A stretch of DNA of 64,000 bases, taken from Bdellovibrionota bacterium. GTDB lineage: Bacteria > Bdellovibrionota_C > UBA2361 > OMII01. The stretch spans positions 8,427 to 72,426 of the forward strand of contig JBIJBE010000003.1 of the NCBI GenBank assembly GCA_044345405.1, in the 5' to 3' direction. Numbering within the stretch: position 1 is the first letter of the stretch; each line of letters starts with the position of its first letter. Below, one piece after another: positions 34,406 through 44,434 of this stretch. The notes under the pieces are model-generated. The model searched no databases. It worked only from the letters and a program-made list of their open reading frames with translations, and was not told the DNA's origin. The position numbers and the translations under genes are program-made.

Positions 34406-35482
34406 ATGAGAAAAATATTTATACGGCACGCACTCGCCGTTACATCAGTAGTGCTTCTCACCTCCCAACCCGCGAACGCCTGTGATGTTTGCGCGCTCTA
34501 TTCGGCGGTTCAAAATGAGAGCCCGGTTGAGAACGCGTTTCGGCTCAGTCTTGCTGAGCAGTTCACCGCGCTAGATCGAATTAAGACGGATGGCCACTAT
34601 ACCGAGAACACGTACAACCAGTTCCTTAAAAGCTCGGTGACGCAGGTTTCGGGTCAATACGACGTGAGCAACTCGACCTCCCTTCAGTTGGTGATGCCAG
34701 TTGTGAGTAGAACGTGGCGTCGAATTGAGGATGAAAAAGTTCAACGTGGAAGCGACGCGGGAATCGGGGATATTACCCTGTTGGCTCACTACGTTCCTGT
34801 GAACTATTCGAACGGCAACCTGCTCGCTCGCCTTCGTATGTTCGGTGGCGTTGAGCTCCCAACCGGAGACGCGCACTACCTCGGCGAGGAGAGCGCCCCA
34901 GGACACCACGGTGACGAAGGGGATTCTCACGGTGGGGAGGAGGAGGATTCTCACGGGGATTCCCAGGAGGATAGGGGACACCACTCCTTCACCCAGAAGC
35001 ACAACGGTACGGTTCACGCTCCGCAATCAGCGAACGCTATTCACGGTCACGATATTACCCTTGGATCCGGCTCGTGGGACTTCCCACTCGGAGCGGGTCT
35101 CTATACCCAGTGGAAGGGCTTCATCTGGCAGACCGATGCTCAATACACCATTCGCACGGAAGGTGCCTTTGACTACACCTTCGCCAACGACTGGGCATGG
35201 GCAACCGCGGTTGGTCACTACCTCTACCTTGAGGATGACGCGCAGGTCGCTCTCCGAGCTCGTCTCTCGGGGCAGTACAAGGGATACGATACCGGAAGTG
35301 GTGGCGTTCGGTACGACGACACCGCGTTTAACGGCACCTTTTTAGGTCCTGAGGTGACAGCGCTCGCAACCAATAAGTGGTTCGGCGTTCTCGGATACGA
35401 CCTTCCGATTGAGGTGCACAACTCAGATACCCAGATTACGCCAAGCTGGCGGATTAGAGCTGCTCTAACCTATCGGTTTTAA
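34406..35482 (+). CDS. Outer-membrane beta-barrel protein with a His/Asp/Glu-rich loop (HHGDEGDSHGGEEEDSHGDSQEDRGHH). It is a putative metal-binding or transport OMP.
   Basis: Signal peptide, alternating amphipathic beta-strands and a C-terminal ...LTYRF aromatic end typical of beta-barrel OMPs. Confidence 0.55.
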   Translation: MRKIFIRHALAVTSVVLLTSQPANACDVCALYSAVQNESPVENAFRLSLAEQFTALDRIKTDGHYTENTYNQFLKSSVTQVSGQYDVSNSTSLQLVMPVVSRTWRRIEDEKVQRGSDAGIGDITLLAHYVPVNYSNGNLLARLRMFGGVELPTGDAHYLGEESAPGHHGDEGDSHGGEEEDSHGDSQEDRGHHSFTQKHNGTVHAPQSANAIHGHDITLGSGSWDFPLGAGLYTQWKGFIWQTDAQYTIRTEGAFDYTFANDWAWATAVGHYLYLEDDAQVALRARLSGQYKGYDTGSGGVRYDDTAFNGTFLGPEVTALATNKWFGVLGYDLPIEVHNSDTQITPSWRIRAALTYRF

Positions 35483-35506
35483 GGACTAATCTTCCTCCCC
35501 CGGCTC

Positions 35507-36955
35507 TTGACGGAGCCGGGGGAAGCCGCAAGTATAGGCCCATATTCGTTTCAGCGGCGTACAGGGAGATTAGGGATGTCAGAGCAGGTGCGAAAGCTGC
35601 CTCAGCAGGAAGCGGTTCAGGGTGAGGCAGCTGTTCACGGCGAGGCCGCGGCGCGAGAGCTCCCGGTGAAGGATATTCGCTCCCTCATGACCGAGATCCG
35701 AGAGCGAATCAAGGCGGACGTCGAGGGAAACCGAGACAAGCATCGCGAGCTCTCTCGCACAGCTCCCCGCTTCGCTAAGGACGGGAACGTGAGGGTTGGA
35801 GACCTTCAACACTCAGAGGAGCTCCGGTTCGTTAATCAGAACTACGCCTACGACTCTCAGCTCACCCCAGCGGTGATCCCAAGCCACCGACGTGGACCTC
35901 TCGGGAAGCTTGTTCCCCTCTTTAAACGGGTCTCCCGCAAGATCGTTCGTAAACTCTTCCTCGCCGATTACCTCAACGCTGAGCGCGCGTTCTCGGAGCA
36001 CCTTGTTCGGCATCTGAATGAGATCGGTCGATATATCGACGCGCGGGACAACGACGTGATGCGAAAGATCGATCGGATCGATGATGAGAAGAGCGCGGCG
36101 ATCCTCGCCTTGCAGCAGGATATGCAGTCCCTCACACGGGATCGTATCGGCGCCCTTGATGAGATGATTCGAGGGTTAGAGGGAATCGTCAACAACTTCC
36201 CTCGCTACACCGATCCGAATCCGCCGCGTGTTCAAGAGAGCTCGCAACCGCTCACAGTTCCCGATCCTTCCTACCTCCTCCTTGAGAATCGGTATCGGGG
36301 AGGGGAGGCTGAGATTGAGCGCCGTCTCTCGATCTATCCTGAGATCTTTAAAACAGCTCCCGCGACGGTGCTTGAGATGGGATCCGGTCGGGGCGAGCTT
36401 CAGCGCCTCTTTAAGAAAGCGGGCGTTCCATCGTACGGCGTTGATCTCGACACCGTGATGGTGAATGTTGCGAACGCCGCTGGGTGCGATACGAAGTTTG
36501 GTGATGGGATTGCGCATCTTCGTTCGCTTCCCGACGCGTCCCTCGGCGGTCTTATCGCGATTCAGGTGGTAGAGCATCTCACCCGCTCGCAGTTGATGGA
36601 GTTATGCGAGCTCGCGAAGCGAAAATTAAAGCCGGGATCGAAGATCGTGTTTGAGACGATCAACCCGCAATCGCTCCTCGCGCTCTCCTCAAACTATTTC
36701 CGCGATCCAACCCACATCTGGCCGATGCATCCCGATACCCTCGGATATACGGCGACCCTTGCAGGTTTAAAGATCGTAGAGACCCGGTACCTCTCGCCGG
36801 TGGCGCCGAATCATCTTCTCAAGGAGATTCCGGTCGATCCGAACCATCCTCCTACCGTGGTCGATACCGTTCACCGCATCAACCAGAACATCGAGCAGTT
36901 GAATCGTTTGATCTACGGCTTTCAGGACTACGCCCTGATCCTTGAGGTAGCGTAA
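35507..36955 (+). CDS. Class I SAM-dependent methyltransferase with a long N-terminal coiled-coil region. The alternative start is the ATG at 35576 (GGGAGATTAGGG RBS).
   Basis: SAM-binding motif I VLEMGSGRGEL plus motif II/III segments. Confidence 0.6.
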   Translation: MTEPGEAASIGPYSFQRRTGRLGMSEQVRKLPQQEAVQGEAAVHGEAAARELPVKDIRSLMTEIRERIKADVEGNRDKHRELSRTAPRFAKDGNVRVGDLQHSEELRFVNQNYAYDSQLTPAVIPSHRRGPLGKLVPLFKRVSRKIVRKLFLADYLNAERAFSEHLVRHLNEIGRYIDARDNDVMRKIDRIDDEKSAAILALQQDMQSLTRDRIGALDEMIRGLEGIVNNFPRYTDPNPPRVQESSQPLTVPDPSYLLLENRYRGGEAEIERRLSIYPEIFKTAPATVLEMGSGRGELQRLFKKAGVPSYGVDLDTVMVNVANAAGCDTKFGDGIAHLRSLPDASLGGLIAIQVVEHLTRSQLMELCELAKRKLKPGSKIVFETINPQSLLALSSNYFRDPTHIWPMHPDTLGYTATLAGLKIVETRYLSPVAPNHLLKEIPVDPNHPPTVVDTVHRINQNIEQLNRLIYGFQDYALILEVA

Positions 36956-36957
36956 CG

Positions 36958-38058
36958 ATGGCGCGCATTCTCGTCCTTGGAGCTAAGGTCCCTTTCACGC
37001 ACGGCGGGCAGGAGATACTGGTCGCAACCCTGATTAAGCATCTCAAGGCGCGAGGGCATGAAGCGGATGTGATCGAGCTTCCCTTCAATCCGCTTCCGAA
37101 GCAGAACCTCCTTACGCAGGCCGCGATGTGGCGCTCGCTCGACCTCGCTGAGTTCGCCGGCGGTAAGGTTGATCTGATTATCGCCACGAAGTTTCCGACC
37201 TACTACGCCCGTCATCCAAAAAAGAGCGTCTGGCTCGTGCACCAGCTCCGTTCGTTCTACGACCTTCACGGAGGGCAATACTCCGATATGGGTGATGATC
37301 CCCGTGATGAGGTCCTGCGTCGGATGATCACTGACGGAGATGCGATTACGTTGGGTGAGTGCTCCTACCGCTCCGCTATCTCAAAGAACGTCGCGGACCG
37401 ATTGCAGTCGTATAACGGATTGTCCTCGACGGTTCTCTATCCGCCCCTTCCGCTTGGGGATCGATACCAAAACCGCGCGGCGAAGCTCTACATCCTCTCG
37501 GTAGGCCGTCTCTGTCGAATTAAGAGACTCGACCTGATGTTAAACGCCATGAAACATGTCTCACCTGAAGTTTCGCTCAAGGTCGTCGGTACCGCCGATG
37601 AACCAGGGGTCATGGAGTACTTCAACAACATCATTAAGGGGCACGATATCGGGCGTCGCGTTGAGTTCCTCGGACGTGTCAGCGATGAAGCGCTTATCGA
37701 CCTCTACGCCGAGGCGATGGGGGTGTTCTACGCGCCGTTTGATGAGGACTACGGGTACGTCACCCTCGAGGCGATGGCGAGCGGTCGTCCCGTTGTGACC
37801 GCGACCGATAGCGGTGGGACGTTGGAGTTTGTGAAGGATCGTGAGAACGGACGTGTTGTATCGCCTGATCCAGCGGCTATCGCTGAAGCGTTCAACGAAA
37901 TAGCCCGCGATAGCGAGACCGCAAAGCGCATGGGCGCGAACGGACGAGCGTTCATTGAGAGCTCCGGCATGTTATCCCAGGGATGGGATACCTTGATTGA
38001 CGCGCTCCTCTCCCCACTCTCGCAGGGGAGCTGCTCACAACCGAACAAGGCCGCGTAA
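36958..38058 (+). CDS. Glycosyltransferase family 1 (GT4-like, GT-B fold)
   Basis: Glycos_transf_1 C-terminal domain (GRLCRIKRLD..., the EAMASGRPVVATDSGG EX7E motif). Confidence 0.75.
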   Translation: MARILVLGAKVPFTHGGQEILVATLIKHLKARGHEADVIELPFNPLPKQNLLTQAAMWRSLDLAEFAGGKVDLIIATKFPTYYARHPKKSVWLVHQLRSFYDLHGGQYSDMGDDPRDEVLRRMITDGDAITLGECSYRSAISKNVADRLQSYNGLSSTVLYPPLPLGDRYQNRAAKLYILSVGRLCRIKRLDLMLNAMKHVSPEVSLKVVGTADEPGVMEYFNNIIKGHDIGRRVEFLGRVSDEALIDLYAEAMGVFYAPFDEDYGYVTLEAMASGRPVVTATDSGGTLEFVKDRENGRVVSPDPAAIAEAFNEIARDSETAKRMGANGRAFIESSGMLSQGWDTLIDALLSPLSQGSCSQPNKAA

Positions 38059-39386
38059 TGGCAGGTTCGAAGCTCCGCATAGCATGGTTCACCCCACTTG
38101 CTCGTTCAAACCAGGAGGTCGTTACTATTTCGCAGTACTGCACAGATCTCCTTCTTCCACTCATGAAGGATGAGTTTGAGATCGAGGTGTTCTCGGGCCT
38201 GCCATCGGGACGTCATCTCGGTGTGCCACGGTATAACACCCTCAACGTGTATCAACGGCATCGTGAAAATCCCTTCAATATCTACTTCTATCAGGTAGAG
38301 GACGGCCCTCTTGGGCGGGTCGTTCGTACCCAGGTCGGAACGATGCCCGGTATCTCGTGGATGCACGATACCTTCCTCTCTGATCCCGGAGCGGAGGGGA
38401 TTCACACGAGCCCCTGGGAGCGCTCAGTTCAACAGATGCTCGACCTCTCCTTGCCGTTTCTTGAACGGGGCGACCTTCCTCTTCAACCACAGCCTCAAGG
38501 CTATCGTGAGACCTCCGTATCGCCGATCGTGTTGTATAATTCAGCGTGGGCTGAGGGCACCCTTCACCGATTCCTCTCGGGTCGCTACGAGTACGCTTCG
38601 AGTGGGCACCGTTCTGACTCACTTCCGGTACCCGTCACGTTGATAGAGGATGCTCGATTTCACGAAGGTGAGAGGCCGCTTGAGATCGTCGCGCTCAGCT
38701 CAACACGTTTGGATGGCCGAGCGCATAAGTTTCTTCCGGCGTTGGCGGACTATTCCCGTACAGCGCGTCTTACCTGGGTCATTGACCCTTCCGAGCGAGT
38801 GGACGCCGAGCGCATGATCGGTGAGTTCGGTGTGCGTGATCGTGTCACCCTTGTTGAAGGGAATTCGCCAGATCGGTGGCGCTCGCTCGTCGCGAAGAGC
38901 GACCTCGCACTGCATCTTTCCTTCAATCCTCATTGTCGTTTGAGTCCCTACCTTGAGCTCTCGATGGCGGCAGCCGTCCCAACGGTGGTGATGCGGGTCG
39001 GAAGAGGGGAGGCGATACCGGAGAATGTCGCGTTCTCGCTTGAACCGGGGCTTCATGAAACCGCGCAGCTTGTTGGCGTTTTCGACGCGGTAGGCTCGGG
39101 AGATAGTCGTCAGCTTGGTCAGGCGGGACAGGCTTTGGTCTCACAAGAGAACGATCCGACTCTCGTCGCCGCGCGACTAGCGACAACTTTTCGCGAGAGC
39201 GCGCCGCTTCTTGCCGATGTTATGCGCGCTTGGGACGGCCTCTATACACGCGCTGAGGATGCGCTTTTGGAGGAGATTCGAGCCCTCGTTGATGCACCCT
39301 CGGGGGGGATGCCCGGAGCCTATGAGATGATTGTAAAGCCCTTCGTCGAGGAGATGCGAGCAGGGGCTAAGGCTTCTCGTTCGTAA
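38058..39386 (+). CDS. Hypothetical protein (442 aa), possibly a divergent GT-B-like glycosyltransferase
   Basis: Start codon overlaps the GT1 stop. Its N-terminus (KLRIAWFTP) resembles GT-B starts. No firm motif. Confidence 0.35.
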   Translation: MAGSKLRIAWFTPLARSNQEVVTISQYCTDLLLPLMKDEFEIEVFSGLPSGRHLGVPRYNTLNVYQRHRENPFNIYFYQVEDGPLGRVVRTQVGTMPGISWMHDTFLSDPGAEGIHTSPWERSVQQMLDLSLPFLERGDLPLQPQPQGYRETSVSPIVLYNSAWAEGTLHRFLSGRYEYASSGHRSDSLPVPVTLIEDARFHEGERPLEIVALSSTRLDGRAHKFLPALADYSRTARLTWVIDPSERVDAERMIGEFGVRDRVTLVEGNSPDRWRSLVAKSDLALHLSFNPHCRLSPYLELSMAAAVPTVVMRVGRGEAIPENVAFSLEPGLHETAQLVGVFDAVGSGDSRQLGQAGQALVSQENDPTLVAARLATTFRESAPLLADVMRAWDGLYTRAEDALLEEIRALVDAPSGGMPGAYEMIVKPFVEEMRAGAKASRS

Positions 39387-39445
39387 GCAGAATCCTTACG
39401 GGGCTTTTGGTTGCAAAACCCCTATCCATCCATTAGATTCCTCGC

Positions 39446-40645
39446 ATGATCAACCCACGAGTAGCTTCCATGCGGACCTACACCGCGGCGCGTAAAACGC
39501 AGCTATTCGCGGCGCTTGGACGCCCGGTTGTCGCTGACCTCACGATCGGTGAGCCGCAACATGAGCCGGATCCGAAGGTCGTTGAGATCCTAAACGCCTA
39601 CGCGGCGGAGTCTGTTAGTCGTTATCCAAAGACTAAGCAGGAGTCGTATCTGACCGAGGCGATCATCGCCGCCAACGTTCATTCGAAAAAGTTATGTGGC
39701 TCCATCGGCGAGGAGCAGGTTTTGGCGGGTCTCGGAAGTGGAGAGCTCCTGTATTCTCTCGCGACCGCGTCGCTCGACCCGGCGAAGCCGTACGTTTTAA
39801 TTCCCAATCCGTCGTATCAAGTTTATGCCTCCGCGACGGAGCTAGCGGGTGGCATTCCGTACTACTTCAATCTTACTAAGGAGAACAGCTTTCAACCTGA
39901 CCTTGCTCGGATCCCTCGTGATATCCTTGAACGAACGAGCCTATGTTACCTCAATAGCCCGAACAATCCGTGCGCGGTTTCGTACTCTGAGGAGAGTCTA
40001 CGAGAGATCGTTCTTCTTGCGCGGCAGTATCGGTTCGCTGTCGCTTCTGATGAGTGCTACAGCGAGATCTATTTCGACCGAAAGCCGGTGAGTATGCTTG
40101 AGGTATGCGCGAAGCTCGATGGTGACAATTCTTTCAAGAATGTGGTTGCGTTTGATACGCTCTCGAAGCGCAGCAGTCTCCCTGGGCTTCGTTCCGGATC
40201 GATGGTTGGCGACGCGGCTATCGTTTCGAACTATCTCAAGATCCGTTTGAGTGAGCGTAAGGTGCTGCCGAACAACGTGCAACGAGCCTCCGCATATGCG
40301 TGGATGAACTACGAGGATGTCGCGAGGAGTAGAGAGCTCTACCGACAAAAGTTCGAGATCGTTCGCGACGCGTTTCAGGCGATCGGACGCCCGATCACCT
40401 TGCCGGATGGAACGTTCTATTGTTGGCTCGATATATCGGAGCTTAACCCGAGCGACGAGACCTTCGCGTTGGAGCTCGCCAAAGAAACCGGAATTCTGAC
40501 CTTTCCCGGTAGCTATTTCTCGGTCGTTAACGAGGGTGTGAACCCAGGGGCGGGGTTCATTCGTATCGCGCTTATCGATACCGTCGAGGCTACAAGGAAA
40601 ACAGTTCAAACTTTAACCCAGTATATTACAAACTATAGGTGTTAA
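39446..40645 (+). CDS. dapC: Class I/II aminotransferase, probably N-succinyl-L,L-diaminopimelate aminotransferase (DapC-like)
   Basis: PLP aminotransferase fold motifs (NSPNNPCAV, FDTLSKRSSLPGLRSG) and its position directly upstream of dapD-dapE. Confidence 0.65.
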   Translation: MINPRVASMRTYTAARKTQLFAALGRPVVADLTIGEPQHEPDPKVVEILNAYAAESVSRYPKTKQESYLTEAIIAANVHSKKLCGSIGEEQVLAGLGSGELLYSLATASLDPAKPYVLIPNPSYQVYASATELAGGIPYYFNLTKENSFQPDLARIPRDILERTSLCYLNSPNNPCAVSYSEESLREIVLLARQYRFAVASDECYSEIYFDRKPVSMLEVCAKLDGDNSFKNVVAFDTLSKRSSLPGLRSGSMVGDAAIVSNYLKIRLSERKVLPNNVQRASAYAWMNYEDVARSRELYRQKFEIVRDAFQAIGRPITLPDGTFYCWLDISELNPSDETFALELAKETGILTFPGSYFSVVNEGVNPGAGFIRIALIDTVEATRKTVQTLTQYITNYRC

Positions 40646-41832
40646 CGATGTCAGCTGACGCGGCGCGTGGCCATTTTGCGGAGAACCTTCAACGACTCAC
40701 GGATCCTTGCCCTGAAGTGGGGGTAGTTAAAGTGTTCCTTGATGGAAAGCTCATTCGCGTTGTGGCGAACATTCCAGGGCAATCGGGATCCCTTCGGGTG
40801 TTTAACCACTTTCAAAAAAATGGAGAGCTCTCTCAGGCAGCGGTAGCTGGATGCCTTGAGGTATTCGCGCCACTCGTGCAAGAGGCGAAGGCTTCGCCCG
40901 GGTCTCATCCGAATATCGACCTTCTTCTTGGCCTTCGTTCGGATCAGGTCCTGACTATCACCACGGTGCGAACCTCCCCTGATCTCTTCGCGAAGCTCGC
41001 GGATGGAACCGCGAGTCAACGTGAGAAGCAGGGGGCCGTTGAGCTTCTCGATAAGGGGATCGTCCGATGCGCGGAAAAGTTGAGCAACTACACCATCGGC
41101 GCAAACGGAGTCGAGCTAACGGGTAACGGCACATGGGTGACACAGAGCTACGGCGTCGCGTGCATGAATGCCGGGTTCTCCGCGTTTCCGATGGTAAAGA
41201 TGGGTGAGCATTTCTACGACAAGGTTCCCCTTAAGACCGAAGGATGGAGCTCCGAGGATTTTGAGAACGCAGGTGTGCGCTTTATTCCTGGGTGCTTCGC
41301 TCGACGTGGTGCGTACATCGGAGCTGGAACGACGATTATGCCTGGCGGCATAGTGAACATCGGCGCGTACGTCGAGGGAAGTGGTGTTATGATCGACGGT
41401 GGCGCTCGTGTCGCGACCGGCGCTCAGGTAGGTAAAGGTGTTAAGCTTGGAGCTGGTTCCGGTATCGAGGGAATCCTTGAGCCCGCGGGACGGCTTCCGT
41501 CTATCATTGAGGACAACGTTCGAATCGGAGCGAACTGCGAGGTATGCGGTATCGTTGAAGAGGGCGCTGTCGTCGCGAGTGGCGTTGTGATGGCTTCCGG
41601 CAAAAAGATATTTGACCTTCGAACCAACGCTGAGGTTGAGCCACGCTACATGGCGATCGGCGAGAAGTTCTATGAGATACCGGTTATTCCGCGAAATAGG
41701 GTAGCGGTGTCCGGTGTCTATTCGAAGACTGAACAGCTTGGGATCGACTGTATCGTTCTCTTGGACAAGGACGCCTCCGATACCTCTCTCGCTCAGATGC
41801 CAAAGAACGCTTCGCTCTATGTGAAGCTCTAA
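40639..41832 (+). CDS. dapD: 2,3,4,5-tetrahydropyridine-2,6-dicarboxylate N-succinyltransferase (long form with N-terminal extension)
   Basis: Hexapeptide-repeat left-handed beta-helix core that aligns closely with DapD (FYDKVPLK...GAYIGAGTTIMPGGIVNIGAYVEGSGVMIDGGARVATGAQVGKGVKLGAGSGIEGILEP...IIEDNVRIGANCEV). Confidence 0.8.
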   Translation: MLTMSADAARGHFAENLQRLTDPCPEVGVVKVFLDGKLIRVVANIPGQSGSLRVFNHFQKNGELSQAAVAGCLEVFAPLVQEAKASPGSHPNIDLLLGLRSDQVLTITTVRTSPDLFAKLADGTASQREKQGAVELLDKGIVRCAEKLSNYTIGANGVELTGNGTWVTQSYGVACMNAGFSAFPMVKMGEHFYDKVPLKTEGWSSEDFENAGVRFIPGCFARRGAYIGAGTTIMPGGIVNIGAYVEGSGVMIDGGARVATGAQVGKGVKLGAGSGIEGILEPAGRLPSIIEDNVRIGANCEVCGIVEEGAVVASGVVMASGKKIFDLRTNAEVEPRYMAIGEKFYEIPVIPRNRVAVSGVYSKTEQLGIDCIVLLDKDASDTSLAQMPKNASLYVKL

Positions 41833-41847
41833 CAGCGAGGATACGTC

Positions 41848-42987
41848 ATGACGATCGGTAGCTCAGTCGAACTTACTCGGATGCTGCTTCAGGAGAATAC
41901 CTGCACCGGCTCGTTCGACTCTCACGTTTCGACACGACTCGCTGGATGGCTAGAGTCGTTGGGATTCGGTGTGGAGTCCGTTGAGGTCGATGGAATCGTT
42001 CATCTCTGTGGCTCGATTGGCCCCAAAGACGCTGCTACGCGACTCGCGTTTGTCGGGCACTACGATACGGTAGGGGCAGGAGAGGGATGGCGTTATCCAC
42101 CATTTGGAGCCGCGGAGGAAAACGGAATTCTCTACGGCAGGGGCGCGAGTGACATGAAGAGTGGGGACGCCGCGATGATATTCGCGGCCGTAAAGCTCGC
42201 TACTGTTGGAGCTCGCTCGACCGTTTTCTTGCCAGGCGATGAGGAGACGGCTTCTCGGGGGATGCCGGCGTTGCTTGAGAAGGTCGGTGGTACGTTTGAC
42301 TACTGCATCTGCGGCGAGCCAACCTCAAAGAAGAAGCTAGGAGACTGCGTTAAGGTAGGGCGCCGTGGCATGTTGGGCGCCGAGGTATCGCTCAAGGGGC
42401 GACGGGGACACACAGCGTACGCGGATATCACGCCCAACGTGGCGCATTCTCTGCCAGCGGTAATAACGGAGCTTACGAAGCCGTGGCACGACGCCTGCTA
42501 CGGTGTCGCGACAACCCTCTCTATTACAACTATCTCCACCGATAGCACCGCGCTGAACGTTATTCCGGGTGTTGTGTCGTTTAAGTTTGATATGCGATTC
42601 GCGCCGAATCGCACAATCGATGAGATGCAGGGTGAGATCATCGCGCGCCTCGACGCCGCTGGGGTCGCCTATGAGATTGAGTGGCAAAAGGCTACTCGCC
42701 CGTATGTGACGGGTGTGGATGCTGATCCTTCCTCTCCTCAAGGTAAACTCATTGCCGTTACCACATCGGTCATTGAGGAGACCTTGGGCGTTCGCCCCAT
42801 ACTCACCTGCGATGGCGGCACCAGCGACGCTCGATTCGTCGCCTGGCACGGTGTTCCAACGATTGAGTTCGGTGTTCCGCATGGCAACATGCATGGAGCC
42901 GACGAGTTTGTAGAGGTAAGGAACATTGAGCTGCTTGAGCGGGTGTTTGTGGAGATTGGGGAGCGGTTGGTGAGGAACGCTGTCTAA
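41848..42987 (+). CDS. dapE: Succinyl-diaminopimelate desuccinylase (M20 metallopeptidase family)
   Basis: M20 motifs HYDTVGAGEGWRYPPF, GRGASDMKSG and GDEE. Confidence 0.75.
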   Translation: MTIGSSVELTRMLLQENTCTGSFDSHVSTRLAGWLESLGFGVESVEVDGIVHLCGSIGPKDAATRLAFVGHYDTVGAGEGWRYPPFGAAEENGILYGRGASDMKSGDAAMIFAAVKLATVGARSTVFLPGDEETASRGMPALLEKVGGTFDYCICGEPTSKKKLGDCVKVGRRGMLGAEVSLKGRRGHTAYADITPNVAHSLPAVITELTKPWHDACYGVATTLSITTISTDSTALNVIPGVVSFKFDMRFAPNRTIDEMQGEIIARLDAAGVAYEIEWQKATRPYVTGVDADPSSPQGKLIAVTTSVIEETLGVRPILTCDGGTSDARFVAWHGVPTIEFGVPHGNMHGADEFVEVRNIELLERVFVEIGERLVRNAV

Positions 42988-43002
42988 TCGAGCCTGGTAC
43001 CA

Positions 43003-43126
43003 GGGAGGGCGACCGGCCTCCCCCTTCGCCAAAGCTTCGGGGACAGGTCGGTCGCCGAAAGCTTGCGATTAGCGGGAAATCTTTGCCTGGCGTATCCATA
43101 CGGCGACCGGGGACGGTCGCCCTCCC
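43003..43126. repeat. Copy D of the GGGAGGGCGACC palindromic repeat family. It is composite, with two ends in inverted orientation around GCCGAAAGC.
   Basis: CAGGGAGGGCGACCGGCCTCCC ... CGGCGACCGGGGACGGTCGCCCTCCCAGG. It begins 16 bp after the dapE stop codon. Confidence 0.8.
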
Positions 43127-43276
43127 AGGTGCGCACCTCAAAAGTCATTAACGGGACGCGCATTACCTCCTCGCCCCGACACTCTCCCCATATCCACGCT
43201 CCTCCAAAAAGTGCTATAAATTCCGCCAGTAACCCGTTGATACGCCGTGCCCTCAGTGGCGCGGTTGGAGGTATGT

Positions 43277-44404
43277 ATGCGCGTTCTTGTTCGTCCCTTG
43301 TTCGTAGGATTTGTCGCTCTTGCGAGTGTTCTCGGAGCGAGCGGTTGTGGCTCAAAAGAGAAAGCCCCCGAAGCTCCGCAATTAGAGATCTCCGTCGTTG
43401 ATATCGGACGCAAAGATGTTGTCCTCTCCTCTGAGTTCGTGGGGCGAACCAATGGAGCTATCGACGCTGAAGTTCGCGCGAGAGTTGAGGGAGTTCTTGA
43501 GGAGATACACTTTCAAGACGGCGGAGAGGTAACGGAGGGGCAACTCCTCTACTCGATCGATGACGCTCCGCTCATCACGACGGTTGCTCAAGCGAGAGGC
43601 TCCCTCGCGGAGGCGCTCACCCGTCAGACTCAAGCCGATGTTGATCTTAAACGAATTCGACCGCTCGCGGAGATAAACGCGGTGAGCAAGCGAGAATTAG
43701 ATGGTGCTATCGGTCGTAAAGGAGTCGCGGATGGCGCGGTAGACGCCGCTAACGCTCAAGTCGCTGCGGCCGAAATTCAGTTGGGGTACGCTAAGATCAA
43801 AGCGCCAACATCGGGTGTTATCGGGATTAGCAAGTTCAAGATCGGAGAGTTGGTCGGCAAAGGCCCCAACACCTCGGTGCTTAACACCGTATCAAAGATC
43901 GATCCGATCCATGTGAAGTTTCCCGTAAGTGAGAGTGAGTACCTCTATTTTTCAAAGCTCGCTGAGCAACAGGGCCCGAATCGGGAGAAGCGAGTTTTGC
44001 AACTCATCCTCGCCGACGGATCCGTTCATCCAGAGCTGGGCGAGCTTGTTTCCCTTGATAGAAATATCGACGCGCAGACAGGCGCAATCACCGCAGAAGC
44101 CTCGTTTCCTAACCCCACGAAACGAATTCGTCCGGGAATGTTCGCCAAGATTAAGACCGTCGCGGAAACCCGCAACGACGTCCTGGTCGTACCAAAGCGA
44201 GCGCTCAAGGAGATTCAAGGGAAGTATCAGGTGTTCGTCGTCGCGGCTGATGGAACGGTTGACGTTCGTAACGTTGAGGTTGGGGCGGACGCGGGAGACT
44301 CTCGCGTTGTTGAATCGGGTCTTAGTGAACATGAACTCGTGGCGGTGGATGGTATCCAACGTCTTCGTAGTGGCATGACCGTAAAGGCTAAGACCGTCAG
44401 TTAA
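43277..44404 (+). CDS. RND efflux periplasmic adaptor (membrane-fusion protein, AcrA/MexA family). The ATG at 43277 has a GGAGG RBS.
   Basis: Lipoprotein signal (LGASGCGSKE), then HlyD/biotin-lipoyl-like and beta-barrel segments. Confidence 0.8.
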   Translation: MRVLVRPLFVGFVALASVLGASGCGSKEKAPEAPQLEISVVDIGRKDVVLSSEFVGRTNGAIDAEVRARVEGVLEEIHFQDGGEVTEGQLLYSIDDAPLITTVAQARGSLAEALTRQTQADVDLKRIRPLAEINAVSKRELDGAIGRKGVADGAVDAANAQVAAAEIQLGYAKIKAPTSGVIGISKFKIGELVGKGPNTSVLNTVSKIDPIHVKFPVSESEYLYFSKLAEQQGPNREKRVLQLILADGSVHPELGELVSLDRNIDAQTGAITAEASFPNPTKRIRPGMFAKIKTVAETRNDVLVVPKRALKEIQGKYQVFVVAADGTVDVRNVEVGADAGDSRVVESGLSEHELVAVDGIQRLRSGMTVKAKTVS

Positions 44405-44434
44405 TCGCCTCGCGCGCGAGCTTCGGAGGAAAAG

